NCBI GenBank assembly: GCA_965644315.1
Contig: CBFFRQ010000068.1
Span: forward strand, 124,001-188,000
Reading direction: 5' to 3'
Length of the DNA: 64,000 nucleotides
Source of the DNA: Caecitellus pseudoparvulus
Lineage: Eukaryota; Protista; Bigyra: Bicosoecida
Below, in pieces: positions 47,701-60,198 of the stretch; within the stretch, counting starts at the first letter, position 1, and each line of letters opens with the position of its first letter. A program made the position numbers and the translations under genes. Under the pieces are notes generated by a model. The model was not told the origin of the DNA, ran no database searches, and worked only from the letters and a program-made list of their open reading frames with translations.

Positions 47701-50700
47701 TACACTCTCATGTGACTCATGCCACGGCCCAGCTCATTTCAATGCGTGGAACCTTCCGAAACCTTAGCCTTGCAGTGGAGGCGGGCCTTTTGCATCCTCA
47801 GCCAGCATGGAGCGGCGAATCGCACCACGTGGTTGGTGTTCTACGCCGGCCAGGTGCAAGAACGTCGTTCACGGAAGTTTTCCCGTTCTCTATCATGCAC
47901 AGACGTGCCCCTGTGACTGCCTGGTTGGACTCACCTATCGGACAAGACACGGCGCAAATCGGCGAGCATGTGAGGGCAGGCCATGAAGAGTGGCTGGCGG
48001 GCTGGAACGACGCCCCCTGCACGGCAGCACGTGTGGAGAACGACACCATCAAAGCAGCGGCAGGAAGCTCCATCCCACTCGGCCAGCTTGCCAACATTAC
48101 ATTGTCTGCCTCATCGCCGAGCGCTGGGGTTCGCCAGCAAGCTATTGCTCAGGTGCAGATCATGCATCAAGCTCGCGCTGAGATTCAACTCGTACGCATG
48201 GAGCTTGCAGCCCAGCCTTTGGCGTTTCGGCTAGGTGTTCGCAGCACTGTTGACGCGAACTTAGGAGAAACGCCAGTCGACTGCCACGGACAGGCGATGC
48301 TCAGGTTTCAATCGTCTGTTGACGCGCAGGACATCATAAACACAAGTATCTCTATCAACAGTTCTTTGGGCTATCCTGGGGGTGCCCATAGTCGGCCACA
48401 AAGTTGTGGAGGAAAGGTGTCAGTGTCCGGCAGCATACAGAGCGCTTTGCGGACCAAAGAGGACCATGTGGAGGTTCAGGTTACCCCAGAGCCGAGCATG
48501 AATAGAGTTTCAGGCAACGGATGGAGTCGAGTGATGGAAATCCGTATCTTTCACCTTCGGCAAGTGTGGGTACCTTTCGTGCATAGCAGCTCTGTCATAT
48601 GTAGAGCGGGTGTCGTGGACAATGTTGGATCTGTGGAACTCTCAGAACTATCTCTCCCTAAACCCCTGGCTGGGCACTTCGCCTTACAGTTCGCAGGGAT
48701 GACATCTCCACTCATCCCCGCGTTGGCACCGCCTGAGACGGTGCAGTGGGCGCTCGAAGCGATTTCCCCTAAGGTTGCTGTCAAGGTGAGCATCGAACGT
48801 GGCTCACGCGGCGGACTTCTAGGGACGATGCCCACTTACGCAGTGACATTCTTGTCTCCACTTGGTCCTCTCCCACTTCTCACTGTCGATACAAGAGAAC
48901 TTGACGGTCCTGAAGCTGGCGTTGCTGTTCGGCGTCTGCAAGCGGGTTTTGGCAAAGCATCCGTTCGCAAGCTCACCAGCGAGGGCAAGGCGAGAGACAT
49001 GATCATGGAGATCTTAATCTACGGGCTGGCTCCAACTTTTGTGCTTCCAAGCGAAGCCCCCTTGGGCGGGCACTTCAAGTTGTGCGCTGACTTTGCGGCG
49101 TCGGGAGGTGGATTTGTCCCCTCGCTGCCAATCGACGTGACTGCCCCAGCCAGGGTCATCGATGAGAGCAACGAACAGGACGGAGGCTATAGTGTCGAAG
49201 CAAAACTCCAGCATTGGCTTGAACAGGTGGTTCATGCAACACCAGCAGGGCCGTACCAGGAGCAGTTGAAGCAGGCAAGAGTTCATGTTGCTTCGTCTGC
49301 CATTGAGCCTAACTCCAGCATTGCTGCAATTTGCGAGCTGCGTAACTTGACGCTGAGGACACCAATGCCTTGCACTGGTGGGAGGAAGCTAGTGGTCACC
49401 TTCCCCACAGCTCCGGTCTGGTTTACTCCGCCAGCTGTTTGTGGGGTACAGATACATGGAGCTGGCGCTGGATTGGAAGCCCGAGTGCTGGATACGCCTC
49501 CAGCCATGCGGGGCACGTTCGGCTTGAGTCTTGGCCCAGCAAGGGTTGATGGAATTCCCATCAACGCAACTGCAAAGGAGCTGGCAAACGCACTAACGGG
49601 TCTGTGGAGTGCAGCGAACCATGGGCCCGCTTCAGGCAGTGTCATGGTGTCCCGCACTCCTCTGCCCACCTTGCAAGGTGGATTCACCTGGACAGTGGCG
49701 GTGATGCGCCAGTTACTAGCTCCCGACGGCATCGTTTTGCAGCTTCATTCTTCTGGACTGGATGCACGGGGGCATGCTGGCAGTATTGCTTGGCAGTCAG
49801 AGCCATCCACTGCGTATGGGGCCACAATCGTGTCCGCTCCTGGAACTCCCCGGGTGGAGCAGATATCAACTGCTTCCAAACTGGGAATAATTTCAAGTCC
49901 TTCCCTTCAATTAAGAGGAGAAGTCAGTGCCGTAGAAGCGGCCCTACGAGAGCTCAAGGTTCGCACTGCAGAGCACTGGTCTGGCGAGCTAAGTGTTCGT
50001 GTGGCAGCCAGATCAGCGCCCCAAGGATTGCAAGGGGCACATGTGTTCGAGAGCATCCCATGCGATGAAGATGGCAGGAGCACTATGAAGCCCAGTTGCT
50101 TGTGGTTTCACGCTGTCGTTGGGCCGCGTGGTGCCCCTGTCCGCGTTCACACCACAAGCGGGTTTGCCCTGCAGGCTGTGGAAGACACGCCAGTGCAATT
50201 TGAGGGCCTCAGAGTGGCTGAAGAAGAATCAGATCTGTCCATCACCACAATAGAAGTAGCAGTGGAGCACGGGTTACTCAGTTTCAGGCCAACCTTGCAG
50301 TGGAGTAACCCTTCAACTGCCTCTACAAGGACTTCGCTGCATGAGTCAATGCCCGCCCTGCAAGCCAGAATCAGTGGAACCTTGTCCTACATCAACGAGG
50401 TCCTTTCAACTTTGGAGTACTTTCCAGAACAAGACTTCTTTGGGATGGACGTTCTCACCTTGACTGCCGCAAGGTTTGGGGGCGCTGGGTGTAACTCGCC
50501 ACTGTCTCGAGCCTCAACAGCTCCCACAGGAGTGAGACTCCCCAGCATGGAAGGGGAGACAGACTTCCGGAACGCTTCAAGCTTGACCACTGCTGAATTG
50601 AGCATTTATGTCGTTCCTGTTCCTGATCCTCTAAGTTTAGAAGTTCCTTCACAGTTAGCCGTGGTGGAGGGTGAGGAGACTCGCGTGCCCGGAGTTACCA

Positions 50701-53700
50701 TCCGAGACCCTGACGCCACCCACGCTGACAGCCTGCAGAGCAAACTTCACGTTTATCTCATGGCATATCAGGGTGGTATTCGCGTGATAAACGAGGGTGG
50801 TGTGGGCGTGCATCAAGAAGGGCCGTTCGGTGACTCACAGGATTCTATGGAGTTGGGATCGGCAGAGATTGGTGCATCCACTGACGTAGTTGGGCCCGGA
50901 GAGTCCCGCTTCTTCCGCATGATTGAGTTGATAGGATCCATTGAGCGTGTGAATGCGGCATTGCACTCCCTTCTCTTTGTTGGGCGCAGGCAGGCGCGGG
51001 GTGTCGCCACCATATACGTAGCCGCCCGACGAGCTGGACAGTCTCAGGAAGAAAGCAGGCAGATGCCTATTGCGCCGGCTCGACTCATCAGAATCACAGT
51101 GAAAGCTGGTAAAACTCCTATTGTTCTATCAGTTCCGTCAGCCCAGCTTGCAATGCTGGAAGACACCACGGCGCGGGTTCCTGGGATTCAGGCCTCAGTA
51201 CCGGGAGTATCGGAAGCCCACCTGCAAGCCGACCAGGCCACGCTAGCACGCATGCAAGCAGGGGTGGGCGACTTTCCGGGCATTACTCCCGAGACATTGC
51301 ACATGATCTCGCAAGAAAGTGTTGCAGGTGGTTCGTCCGTTCTGAACATTACTGTTCTTGCCGCAGGCGGAAGCCTGTCTTTACCGGCAAGCTCTGCCGC
51401 GCGCCTGTTGCTTGGGACATGGGAAAACTCCTCGATCATTTGCTTTGAAGCCCCTGCTGAACATGCTTCTGAGGTTCTTCAGAGGCTGACTTACTCTCCA
51501 ATGCCAAATTTCAATGAGCTCAACCAAGGTTCGTCTGGTGCGGGCGTGGTTGTCGGCGCGGAACAGGGCCGCATCCCACACTGGATACTGTTGTGCGGAG
51601 AAGGCTCTCCTTGGCTAGATACCAGCGCTTCAGTGGATGACTGCATTTCAAGGGTGCTGGAACACAGCGGAGGACTTGTGCTTCAGCAAATCATCCTCAG
51701 CGGACAGCCTCCAGCCCTTTCGGCTTGCCCAGACGACCTTAAATTGTGCTCACGTCTCATGGGCACAGCAACCTTACATCCCGAACCGAACCCGGGCACA
51801 GGAGTGTTCCGTCTAATGCGCCTTCGGGTGATACCAGTGAATGACCCGCCTGTCCTTCTGTGGAAGCAACACAGCAGGCCTGCTCTGCGGCCTGGAGTTC
51901 GCCAGGCCGTGCTTGTGCGTGAAGGGCAGGAAGTGGGCATTGGCGGTGCAAGGATTCTCGATGTCGACGCGCATGAGGCACTTCATTTGTCTACACCTGC
52001 TTGGAAGGCCCACACTGCAGGGCTGGGGTCTCTCCGCTTGCGGGTCTCGTGTGCACATGGGCTCCTTCAGCTGGTACCTGCGGCAGGCTCCAACGTGCGT
52101 GACGGTGACCGTCGTGATGCAGCTCAACATTCGAGCGATGGGGGCCGATCTTTAGAGTTTTGGGGGTCCCCGTCAGAGCTATCTGAGTTGTGGGCGCGAG
52201 TATCGTACACAAGCGACGGGCACTTCAATGGAGTTGACATCGTCGAGGTCAGTGTGTCGGATTTGGGTGGCACAGGCTTGCCGGCACCTTGGGCCAGCTT
52301 CAATGATACCGGCCTGCCTGAGGAACTGGCCCATCCATCGATCGCCCGTCTTTTGAACATGAATGTGGTGTGGCCACGACAGTCAAGAACCGCAACCATA
52401 CATGCGGTCAGTGAAGCTGCCCTACGTGCATGTGCCGAGGCCCTGGAACAGGCAGCAGCGCAGCTCACGCCACCAAAGAGCCTTCCTGACTTCGACAGGC
52501 TTCCCCGGGAGGTTGTTCAGCAAGCGTACGCGCTGATTCCACCGTCGCGTTCACTGGAAGCTGGACAGAGGAGCGAACTCGTTTGGCTGCTGGCATGGAC
52601 TCTGCACACCATTCCAGCCAACCACGCAGAAGAGCTCAGCAAAGCGTTTAGAGATACCAACCTCACCCATCAAGTGGCCCTTGTGGGATACTTGGCGGCA
52701 GCATACTCTCAGGCACCTTCAATTCCACTTGAGACGACTGAGCATGTGGAGTTGCAAGTTCTACCGGTGAATGACCCCCCTTCTCTCTCACTTGTGCAAA
52801 CGCAGGCGACGATGCTTGAAGACACGGTGTTTGTGTTGCAAGGGGGTCTCACCATCGCCGATCCAGATATTGCCGAGTCAGGCATGTACTGTAAGTCTGA
52901 CATCCCCGAAGTGGCGCAGCTTGGCTGCCGCACCCCAACTCTTTCAGTCAATGTGTCAGCTGTGAACGGAGGCATATACCTTCACGGCTTTGACGTGGAA
53001 CGGCCTCATGTTGCTTTCAACGCTAGTCGTGTGCGAGTGCCAGGCAACATGTTTGGTGTGGCAGACCGAAAGAGCGGCCCCTGGTTGTCTTCCATTCACA
53101 TCTCAGGAGATGCGGGTAGCATTCGAAGCGCGCTCCAGCAGAGCATAGAGTTTGCTCCATACGCCCACTTTAATAGCGCGGGTGGCGAAGAGGGCTCTGT
53201 TGCCTTCGAAGTCTCCGACGTGGGCCCAAGTGGCATCTTAGCCGAATGGGCAACGAACGTGGCTCAAGCAGAGCTCCAGGTGCGAGTCATGCCTGAAAAC
53301 GACCCTCCAATCATTGAATTGGATGGTTTAGCGCGAGAAAGTGTCAATGGCCGAGCCAAACCGCCAGACGGGCAATGGAGCGGAGTGCGTGGGCTTGAAG
53401 ACCAGCCACTGCACATTCGTCTGCAGGTGAAGGACATGGATGCTGTGCATCATGAGGACACCTACATTCGGGTAACCCTCTCGGGTTCAGGCCTGTCATT
53501 CGTCCTGCCACATGTGGAAGGATTGTTGTGCAGGGATCTAGCCAGGGGCTTTTCCTCGCTTCACGAGGAGATGACCAAGGCTCACACTTGGGCAATGACC
53601 CTACAGCACGATCCCACCCTTGCGGCCGGGGTACTGTGGTTGAATACGTCGCTCAGCGAAAAGATCGGCATCGCATACACACAAGGGCACATCACAGGGC

Positions 53701-56700
53701 AAAGGGAAGCTCGTTCATTCGCTGTGAACGACGTTGGCAGCTTTTCTGTGGTGCGCAGTCTGGGCACGTCAGTGCAAGACTCTGCTGGGTCACCTGTGCG
53801 CTCCCCAAGCCTCGAGCTTAGTGGGAGTCTAAAGCACGTAAATGCGGCTCTGGACACCCTGGTTGTGCTGCCTGAACCAGACTTTGCGGGCGAAACGGCA
53901 ATTCTTGTGGGTGCAACGGACGATGGCACGGCAGACGCAAGCAGATTGCTGTGGCAGCACCCAGACCTCTCAAGGGTGGATGAACATGGAAGGTCTTGGC
54001 CACTCGGCCCTGAATCAGACTTCTTACTCATTCCAGTTGGGTTCGAAGAAGTCAACGATGCCCCCACTTGGCACATTGCGCAAGGGAGTGTGGTAGCAAC
54101 GGAAGGTGAGCCGCTCAGCATCGCCGGTGTGGAGGTGAGAGATACTGACGGCGATGCAGCAGACACGATCACAGTCAAGATTACAGTGAGGTACGGAAGT
54201 ATAGCTGTGAAGCCGTCGGCCGTGGGGCTTCTGGGCTCCCATTTTCACGGCAGCGTCGTGAGCTTTCGTGGGCCGCTCTCGTATGTAAACGAGGCCCTGA
54301 GTGGTCTACAGTATGTCCCACCGGATCATCTCAACTCATGGAGTCTTCGAGACACAGACTTGATCGAGTTCCTTGCCAGCGATGTAGCAGCCGATTTGGT
54401 TCAGTCTGTTCCCGCTTTGACAGGTGCAAGCAGTGCCAGCATCCAAGTTGCATACATCAAAGCTCGCAACAACGCACCAACATGGTCTATGGATGGCGTG
54501 ATGGAGGCATCAAGAGAATGCGATCATCTTCAAGCGCCGTACATGACTGCTCACTGCAAAGGCAGAGCGCAGAGACAGCAACTCACTGTGCGGGAAGACA
54601 CGTTGGCGCAGTTCCCGAGGCTCCGCTTGGACGACCAGCATGACAGTGGTTCATCGCCTCGTGTCTTCACAGTGACAATTTCGGCCAAGTCTGGAGAACT
54701 GTCCGCGCGGGTTTTGGAAGGCCTGACTCTGACAAGGGGGAAGGCAGCCGGGGCACGCATACTCACTGTACAAGGCCCCTTGCCTGCCATTAATTCTATG
54801 CTTGCGACCCTTTCGTACGTGGGCTGCGAGCACTGCACAGGGGAGGACGAAGTACTCTTTACTGTGGATGATGCCGAACTGCATGATCCTACTGACATCA
54901 CAAGTGCTGAGATGCTTGTGTCAGTTTTCATTGTCCCCGACAACGACCCTCCCACTTGGTCAGGCATTGAACGAGCGATAGCACGTGCAGCGGAGGAAGA
55001 CATGTCCGCATTACTGCTTCCCCCAATTTTATTAGATGCAGATTCCCGGGAAGGTGTGCCAGTGTCTGCTTCGGTCACCTGCGATGCTTCGGTTGGCAAG
55101 CTGGCAGTACCCGCAGCCACTTCTTCTTCCGTGCTGGTGGAGTGTAGAAGCGCTTGTGTTTCAAAGCCGGCCGGTGGCAGCCTCCTTGGCGAAAACCTTC
55201 ACCTCGTCGGTCGTTTGCCAGAGCTCAATGAGGCCCTACGAGACCTCGCGTTCGTTCCAGACGACAACTTCAACTCTGCTATTCTGGGCATCGCGCAGGT
55301 GTCTTGCACAGCCAAAGACCCTGCTTCATCCGGCGAGGCAACACAGCAAGGGGACACCATTGCATTCTTCATTGACATTGCAGAAGTACAAGATCCTCTT
55401 GAGATCAGGTTTCCTCCTCACCTTTCCGCAGCTGTCGTACCAGCTCAAGCTGCTTTGACGATAAAGGAGGACACCGTGTACAATCTCCGCGGAGCAACTT
55501 TGGTTGATGCAGACCGCCCCTCAACGGATTCAACAGATGTGTATGAGCTACGGGTGTCGGCTGAGCACGGTTTCGTCTCGGTCATTGGCCACTCTGCACT
55601 GGCACCTCATGATTCTGACTCCGACGATGACGGCCATGTGCGTACCACAACTGTTTCAAGTCCACCTGCAGGCCAAGCAAGTGCAAGCGGTTCTATCGAA
55701 GGACTTAAAGAGGTCTCGCAACTTGCAGGGTTGGATGGAAGGGACCGAGTTATCACTCTTCAAGGTCACTTGAGCATGCTTAACCTTGCGGTGGGTGGGG
55801 TCCAATACTCGCCCGCTCCTGATATGACCGGCAGTGATACCTTGAGAATCTCATGCTTCAGAATCGACCCCTTACCTGAAGCTCACTTGTCCAATGCCTC
55901 AGCATCAGTGGAAATACTTGTGCTTGCTGTGAATGACGCACCTGTGGTCCACCTGGCAGAGGGTGCGCTCGGCAGTTCAGCACTGACTCTCCTTGAGGGT
56001 TCAAGCGCTACCTTCCCTACAATGCCAGTGAACGCATCCAGGCTAGGCGCAACCGATGACTGGAGTATGCGTCCTACGCCTATTGAGCGGGCCGGCCTTT
56101 GGTCAAGCACAGGCTTGGCGCCTCCTCACCTTGCAGGCTCAACTGCAAACTCAGAATCATGGAGGCTTGCGCCAGTTACGTCCACAGCAAAGGGTCAAAA
56201 GTTTTCAGAACCCACCTCCTTGACTGCAATGGAGCGCGTGCTGTTTTTCGGTGCTGAAGGGGTTCTTGATAGCAGTCCCATCGGGCGTGAGCTATGGCGG
56301 TACTCGGTCGCAGGAGAAGAAGCTTCGCTTGTGGCTGACCTTCTGCCTGGTCCGCGTGGTTCAAACCCTAGCTCTCTGGTAAGCTTCAACAACATGCTTC
56401 TGTTTTCAGCTGCCGGAATCGACACCAGCTGGATGATGACTCGGGATTCCTGCTCCGGGTTCAGGCAGAGCACTACTGTAACCTCTCGGGTCTGGCAAGC
56501 GGAGCAGGCATCACAAACCAGCACACGCAGACTGGACAGGGGCAGGGCGACTAGACATGCACAGGCCTGGGGATCAGGTGTACGGGATGTTCGGTTTGCT
56601 GTGAGCAAGGCCACCGTGTGGTTACCTGAGCGGGTGTACGATTGCCCATCTGGGTATGAATGGGCCAGCACGGTACAGGGCCAGGCGCTGTTTCCGGGGC

Positions 56701-58844
56701 CCGTATACGGTGCCACGAGGCCCCTGACCGCAGAGTCAGGAGTCTTCTCAGCAAGCAGGTACAACGATCCCCTGTTCCCAGGTCGAGCACTGACCTATGC
56801 CTCGCAATGTGGCTGGCAAGGCTCAGTCTTTGCTGGGGAGAATCGAACAATGTTTCGGTTCTCAGACTCACACCGGACAGGGGCGTTCAAGTCCTCAACA
56901 AGCACAGATGAGGGCTCTGTTCAACTGGGAGACTATTCTCTAGAAGGTTTTGCCGGAGTTGTGTGCGTGGAGCTTTCAGCCGCCAGAGAGGAGGGACACT
57001 GCAGCGAGTCACCATTGGGCTGCCCATCGCAGACAGGGCAGGAGCTCTGGCGCAGCGATGGCACAAGGCAGGGCACGCACAGAGTCCGCGATGTGCAGCG
57101 CGGCACATCAGGCTCGCTTCCACAGGGCCTGACTGTACTTTCCTCTCCGTCAGGCCAACCTCTGCTGAACGGCACCGTGCTGTTCTCAGCAGAAGTGCAC
57201 CCCATTGGGAGAGAGCTGTGGCGTTCGGACGGAAGCCTAGAAGGGACCGCTCTTGTGAAAGATATCAACCCAGGGCATGCGTCGTCAGATCCCCACCACT
57301 TCGCAAGTATTGAAGGAGCAGGTATGGCTCTCTTTGCAGCGACACAGACAGACTTTGGGTGTGAGGTGTGGATCACAGATGCGTCGGCGCCTGGTACCCA
57401 CCTCTTGCTTGACATAGTCCCAGGGCCTGACAGTAGCGACCCAGCGGGGTTCTTCTATTCAGAGTTCCTTAGCTTGGTGCTGTTCAGTGCATCTACCCCT
57501 GAACATGGAAGGGAGCTGTGGGCTTCAGACGGGACGGAAGCTGGGACAAGGCGTGTAGCCGACATCGCTCCAGGAACGGCATCCTCCAATCCGGAATCCT
57601 TTGTGAGCTATGCTGGAGAAGTATTCTTCGCTGCCTTCTCTGCCAGCACTGGTCGCGAGCTTTGGGTGTCTGACGGAACCTCAGATGGCACCCGGCTGCT
57701 GCGTGACATCACGGCTGGCGTCGCAAGTTCAATGCCGACGGCAGTGCGCGTTGTTTCAGGGCTTCGAGGAAGCCAAGCACACAGTGAAAGCAGAATAGTC
57801 TTCTTTGCATACGTTGATGGCTCAACCTTGTCGTCGTCAACCGCCCCTCGCCTGTGGATGTCTGACGGAACAGCCGAGGGCACAGGGCCGGCCTATGAGG
57901 ATACGGCTGGAGGAGTTCAGCTTTCACAAGCCAGATGGGACGCCCTCTCAAGCGAGCACACACTGGTAGACATTGATGGGAAAGTGTTCTTTGCAGCCAT
58001 GTCCGCGAACCCGGACGTTCCGAGGAATGAAGGTCTGCGTAGCCAAGCAGCGCACAAGCTGCTTAGTCCGGTCGGAAGTGCGCCCCAGGTGTCCGTCCTG
58101 GTAGAGGACATTGACGCGGGGCCAGGTGAGATGATGGCCATTGCAATAACCTGCAACCAGGGTGTGGTCAGCCTACCGCAAGCTGTTACTGCCGGTCTGA
58201 CGTTTGAGCCTGGTCATGGCGGTGGGACAGAGAGTGTTCGCTTCATGTGCACAGTCTGGCAGTGTAACAGAGGCCTGCAAGGGATACTGTACACGGGAAA
58301 CGCAGGATTTAACGGGGAAGACACAATAGTGATCCATGTAATTGACAATCCGCTGGGAGAGCCTCCCAAACAGGCTAGGGCCCACCTGCGAGTTCATGTG
58401 CTGCCTGTCAACGACCCTCCCCGGGTAATTTTGCCGTCCAGAGAGCTCCGAGTGCTTGTTGGCGATACTTTGTCACTTCATGGGATCCGGGTTATGGATA
58501 TCGATGCAGATGAAGTTCATGGGAGGACTGTCGCGCAGCCCCTCCTTGCTGGCGCCTATCTGGCAAACGTGTCAACTGCAGCAGGATTCCTTACGCTGTC
58601 AACGACTCAAGGTGTAGCAGTACTGGATGGAACTGGGCTTCAGGATTCCCATCTGAGCCTTCTTGCTCCTCTTGCTCAGCTGAATGCCGTGCTCTCCGGG
58701 CTGCGCCTGTCTTGCACAGTAGACAGCTCATGCCCGCCTGGGCGCCACCTGTTGTCAGTCTGGGTGTCTGACAACGGAAACTCTGGAGATGGTGGGGCAC
58801 TGGACGCGTCTGCAACATCTGAATTTGAAGTGCGCTCCTCCTAA
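35774..58844 (+). CDS. Giant (about 7,670 aa) secreted or N-anchored adhesin-like protein with cadherin/Ig-like repeats, GxFxL repeats and an ELWxxDGT beta-propeller; exons 35774-35975 and 36037-58844
   Basis: A 22.8-kb open exon. An upstream exon carrying the hydrophobic stretch AYFVLYWLVLILSQAQG splices in frame via a phase-1 intron at 35976-36036. Repeated (V/D)NDPP/NDAP junction motifs are followed by xED...DxD...G...L..L.Y.P...F.G.D.l, and there are about 7 ELWxxDGT-type motifs. Alternative ATG at 35792. Confidence 0.88.
56200..58010 (+). repeat. ELWxxDGT protein repeats (beta-propeller blades) within the giant adhesin
   Basis: GRELWRYS, GQELWRSDGT, GRELWRSDGS, CEVWITDAS, GRELWASDGT, GRELWVSDGT and RLWMSDGT, most followed by a DI.PG..SS.P-type segment and a (V/L)FF/FSA strand. 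Confidence 0.9.
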
Positions 58845-58908
58845 AGCCCCGCAGATCGAGGATACTTCAGCGGCAAAGAACTCTCAAAGGTACCTGCGTG
58901 AAATGCAA

Positions 58909-60198
58909 TCATTCGCCTCGACCAGCGGCTTCATTGCTCACTGCGTGCTCATGCTGCTGCTTCCACTGTGACAGTACCAGCCTGTAGCTTTCCAGATCCG
59001 GGAATTGGTGGGCAGGTGGTGGTGGCATGCCAGGTTGCGTTATCGGGTGAGGCATGGGCTGTAAAGTGTCGCTGATTCCGAGCATTCGAAGCACGCGCTT
59101 TGCAGGCATTGCATGTGCAAGATGTCTGAGAGCATGGTCACTCTCGGCATCTGCGCGGGCCATCTCTATTTTCTCGACGGCGTTGGCATTTTTCTCAAGG
59201 AAAGGCTGTAGCCGAGTCACCTCATCGGCGCGCACTGCAAGAAACGCAGCTTCTGCGTCCGAGAGTTCAACATCCTCATGAGACATCATCTTCTCGCGCA
59301 GGGTCTCCCTGCTGCTCCTCATACTCTGAAGCGCGTGAAGCAAGTGCCCGAGCCCCTTCAACGTTCGCGTGCAGGTCGCAAGTGAAACAAGGAATTGGCT
59401 TTCTGGATCCAGGAGGCCATTGGAGCTAGCAAATAGTAGGATATGGCGGTTGGCAACCAGTATTTCGTCAGGATACAAACCTGCTCCCGGAGGATCAAGC
59501 ACTCCTTGAATCCACTGACCCAACTCACTGGAGGGAAGGTGGCGCATGCTTGTGCCGTTTTCCCGTGCAATGTACTTTCCCAGCAGCACGTCGTAGCTTG
59601 ACCTGGCCACATCAAGCACATCCTCAGGGAAGGAATGAAGGACTTCCAGTGTGCCCCTTTGGATGGGCGCACCATCTTCCTCGGGAACCGAGTTCACTTC
59701 ATCGGTAGCTGCGAACTCAGAAGCCTCTTCCTCTGATTCCCGCAACTGAGAAAAGGCCGGGTGTTGCAGCACCCACTCATCAAGGCTCAACGCTCTCCGC
59801 TTGCCAAACTGTCTGAAGCGTGCCTCTTCCATTTTTGCCTCCCTGAGCTTTCCCAGCACCTCTTGATGGAGCCGCCGAGCCATGCGGCGCTGTCTTGAAG
59901 GCAAGAAGGAGTGCACATTGGCAGCTCGCTGAGGCACGCTGCCCTGCTCTTCCACTGCCATGTCATGATCGCCCTCCCCCACTTGCCTCGTGTCAAAGGC
60001 GTGTTCCAGGCTGTCTTGAATGAAAGACGCTTGGACCTCTTGGAAGTGAGGAGAGTTGTCAGCCGCGGGGGCAGAGGGTGCAGTGACTGCCCCCGAAGTC
60101 CCCGCTGACAGCATGGGCATCATATCAGCAACCTCATCTTGGAAGTCTTGCGCCTCGGCTGTAAGGAGGCACGCCAGTGCTGTCAAAGTCGCTGCCAT
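58909..60198 (-). CDS. Hypothetical protein with a predicted signal peptide (about 429 aa)
   Basis: ORF 58909-60276. The ATG at 60198 begins MAATLTALACLLTAEA|QDF, a typical cleavable signal followed by an acidic, helical mature region. No family recognised. Confidence 0.65.
   Translation of the reverse strand: MAATLTALACLLTAEAQDFQDEVADMMPMLSAGTSGAVTAPSAPAADNSPHFQEVQASFIQDSLEHAFDTRQVGEGDHDMAVEEQGSVPQRAANVHSFLPSRQRRMARRLHQEVLGKLREAKMEEARFRQFGKRRALSLDEWVLQHPAFSQLRESEEEASEFAATDEVNSVPEEDGAPIQRGTLEVLHSFPEDVLDVARSSYDVLLGKYIARENGTSMRHLPSSELGQWIQGVLDPPGAGLYPDEILVANRHILLFASSNGLLDPESQFLVSLATCTRTLKGLGHLLHALQSMRSSRETLREKMMSHEDVELSDAEAAFLAVRADEVTRLQPFLEKNANAVEKIEMARADAESDHALRHLAHAMPAKRVLRMLGISDTLQPMPHPITQPGMPPPPAHQFPDLESYRLVLSQWKQQHEHAVSNEAAGRGE

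Noticed and set aside
35774-58844. Bacterial contamination or an integrated virus/virophage explaining the giant low-intron ORFs
   Set aside because: The gene has a spliceosomal intron and signal exon like its neighbours, with broadly similar base composition. No integrase, capsid, terminal repeats or target-site duplication were seen.
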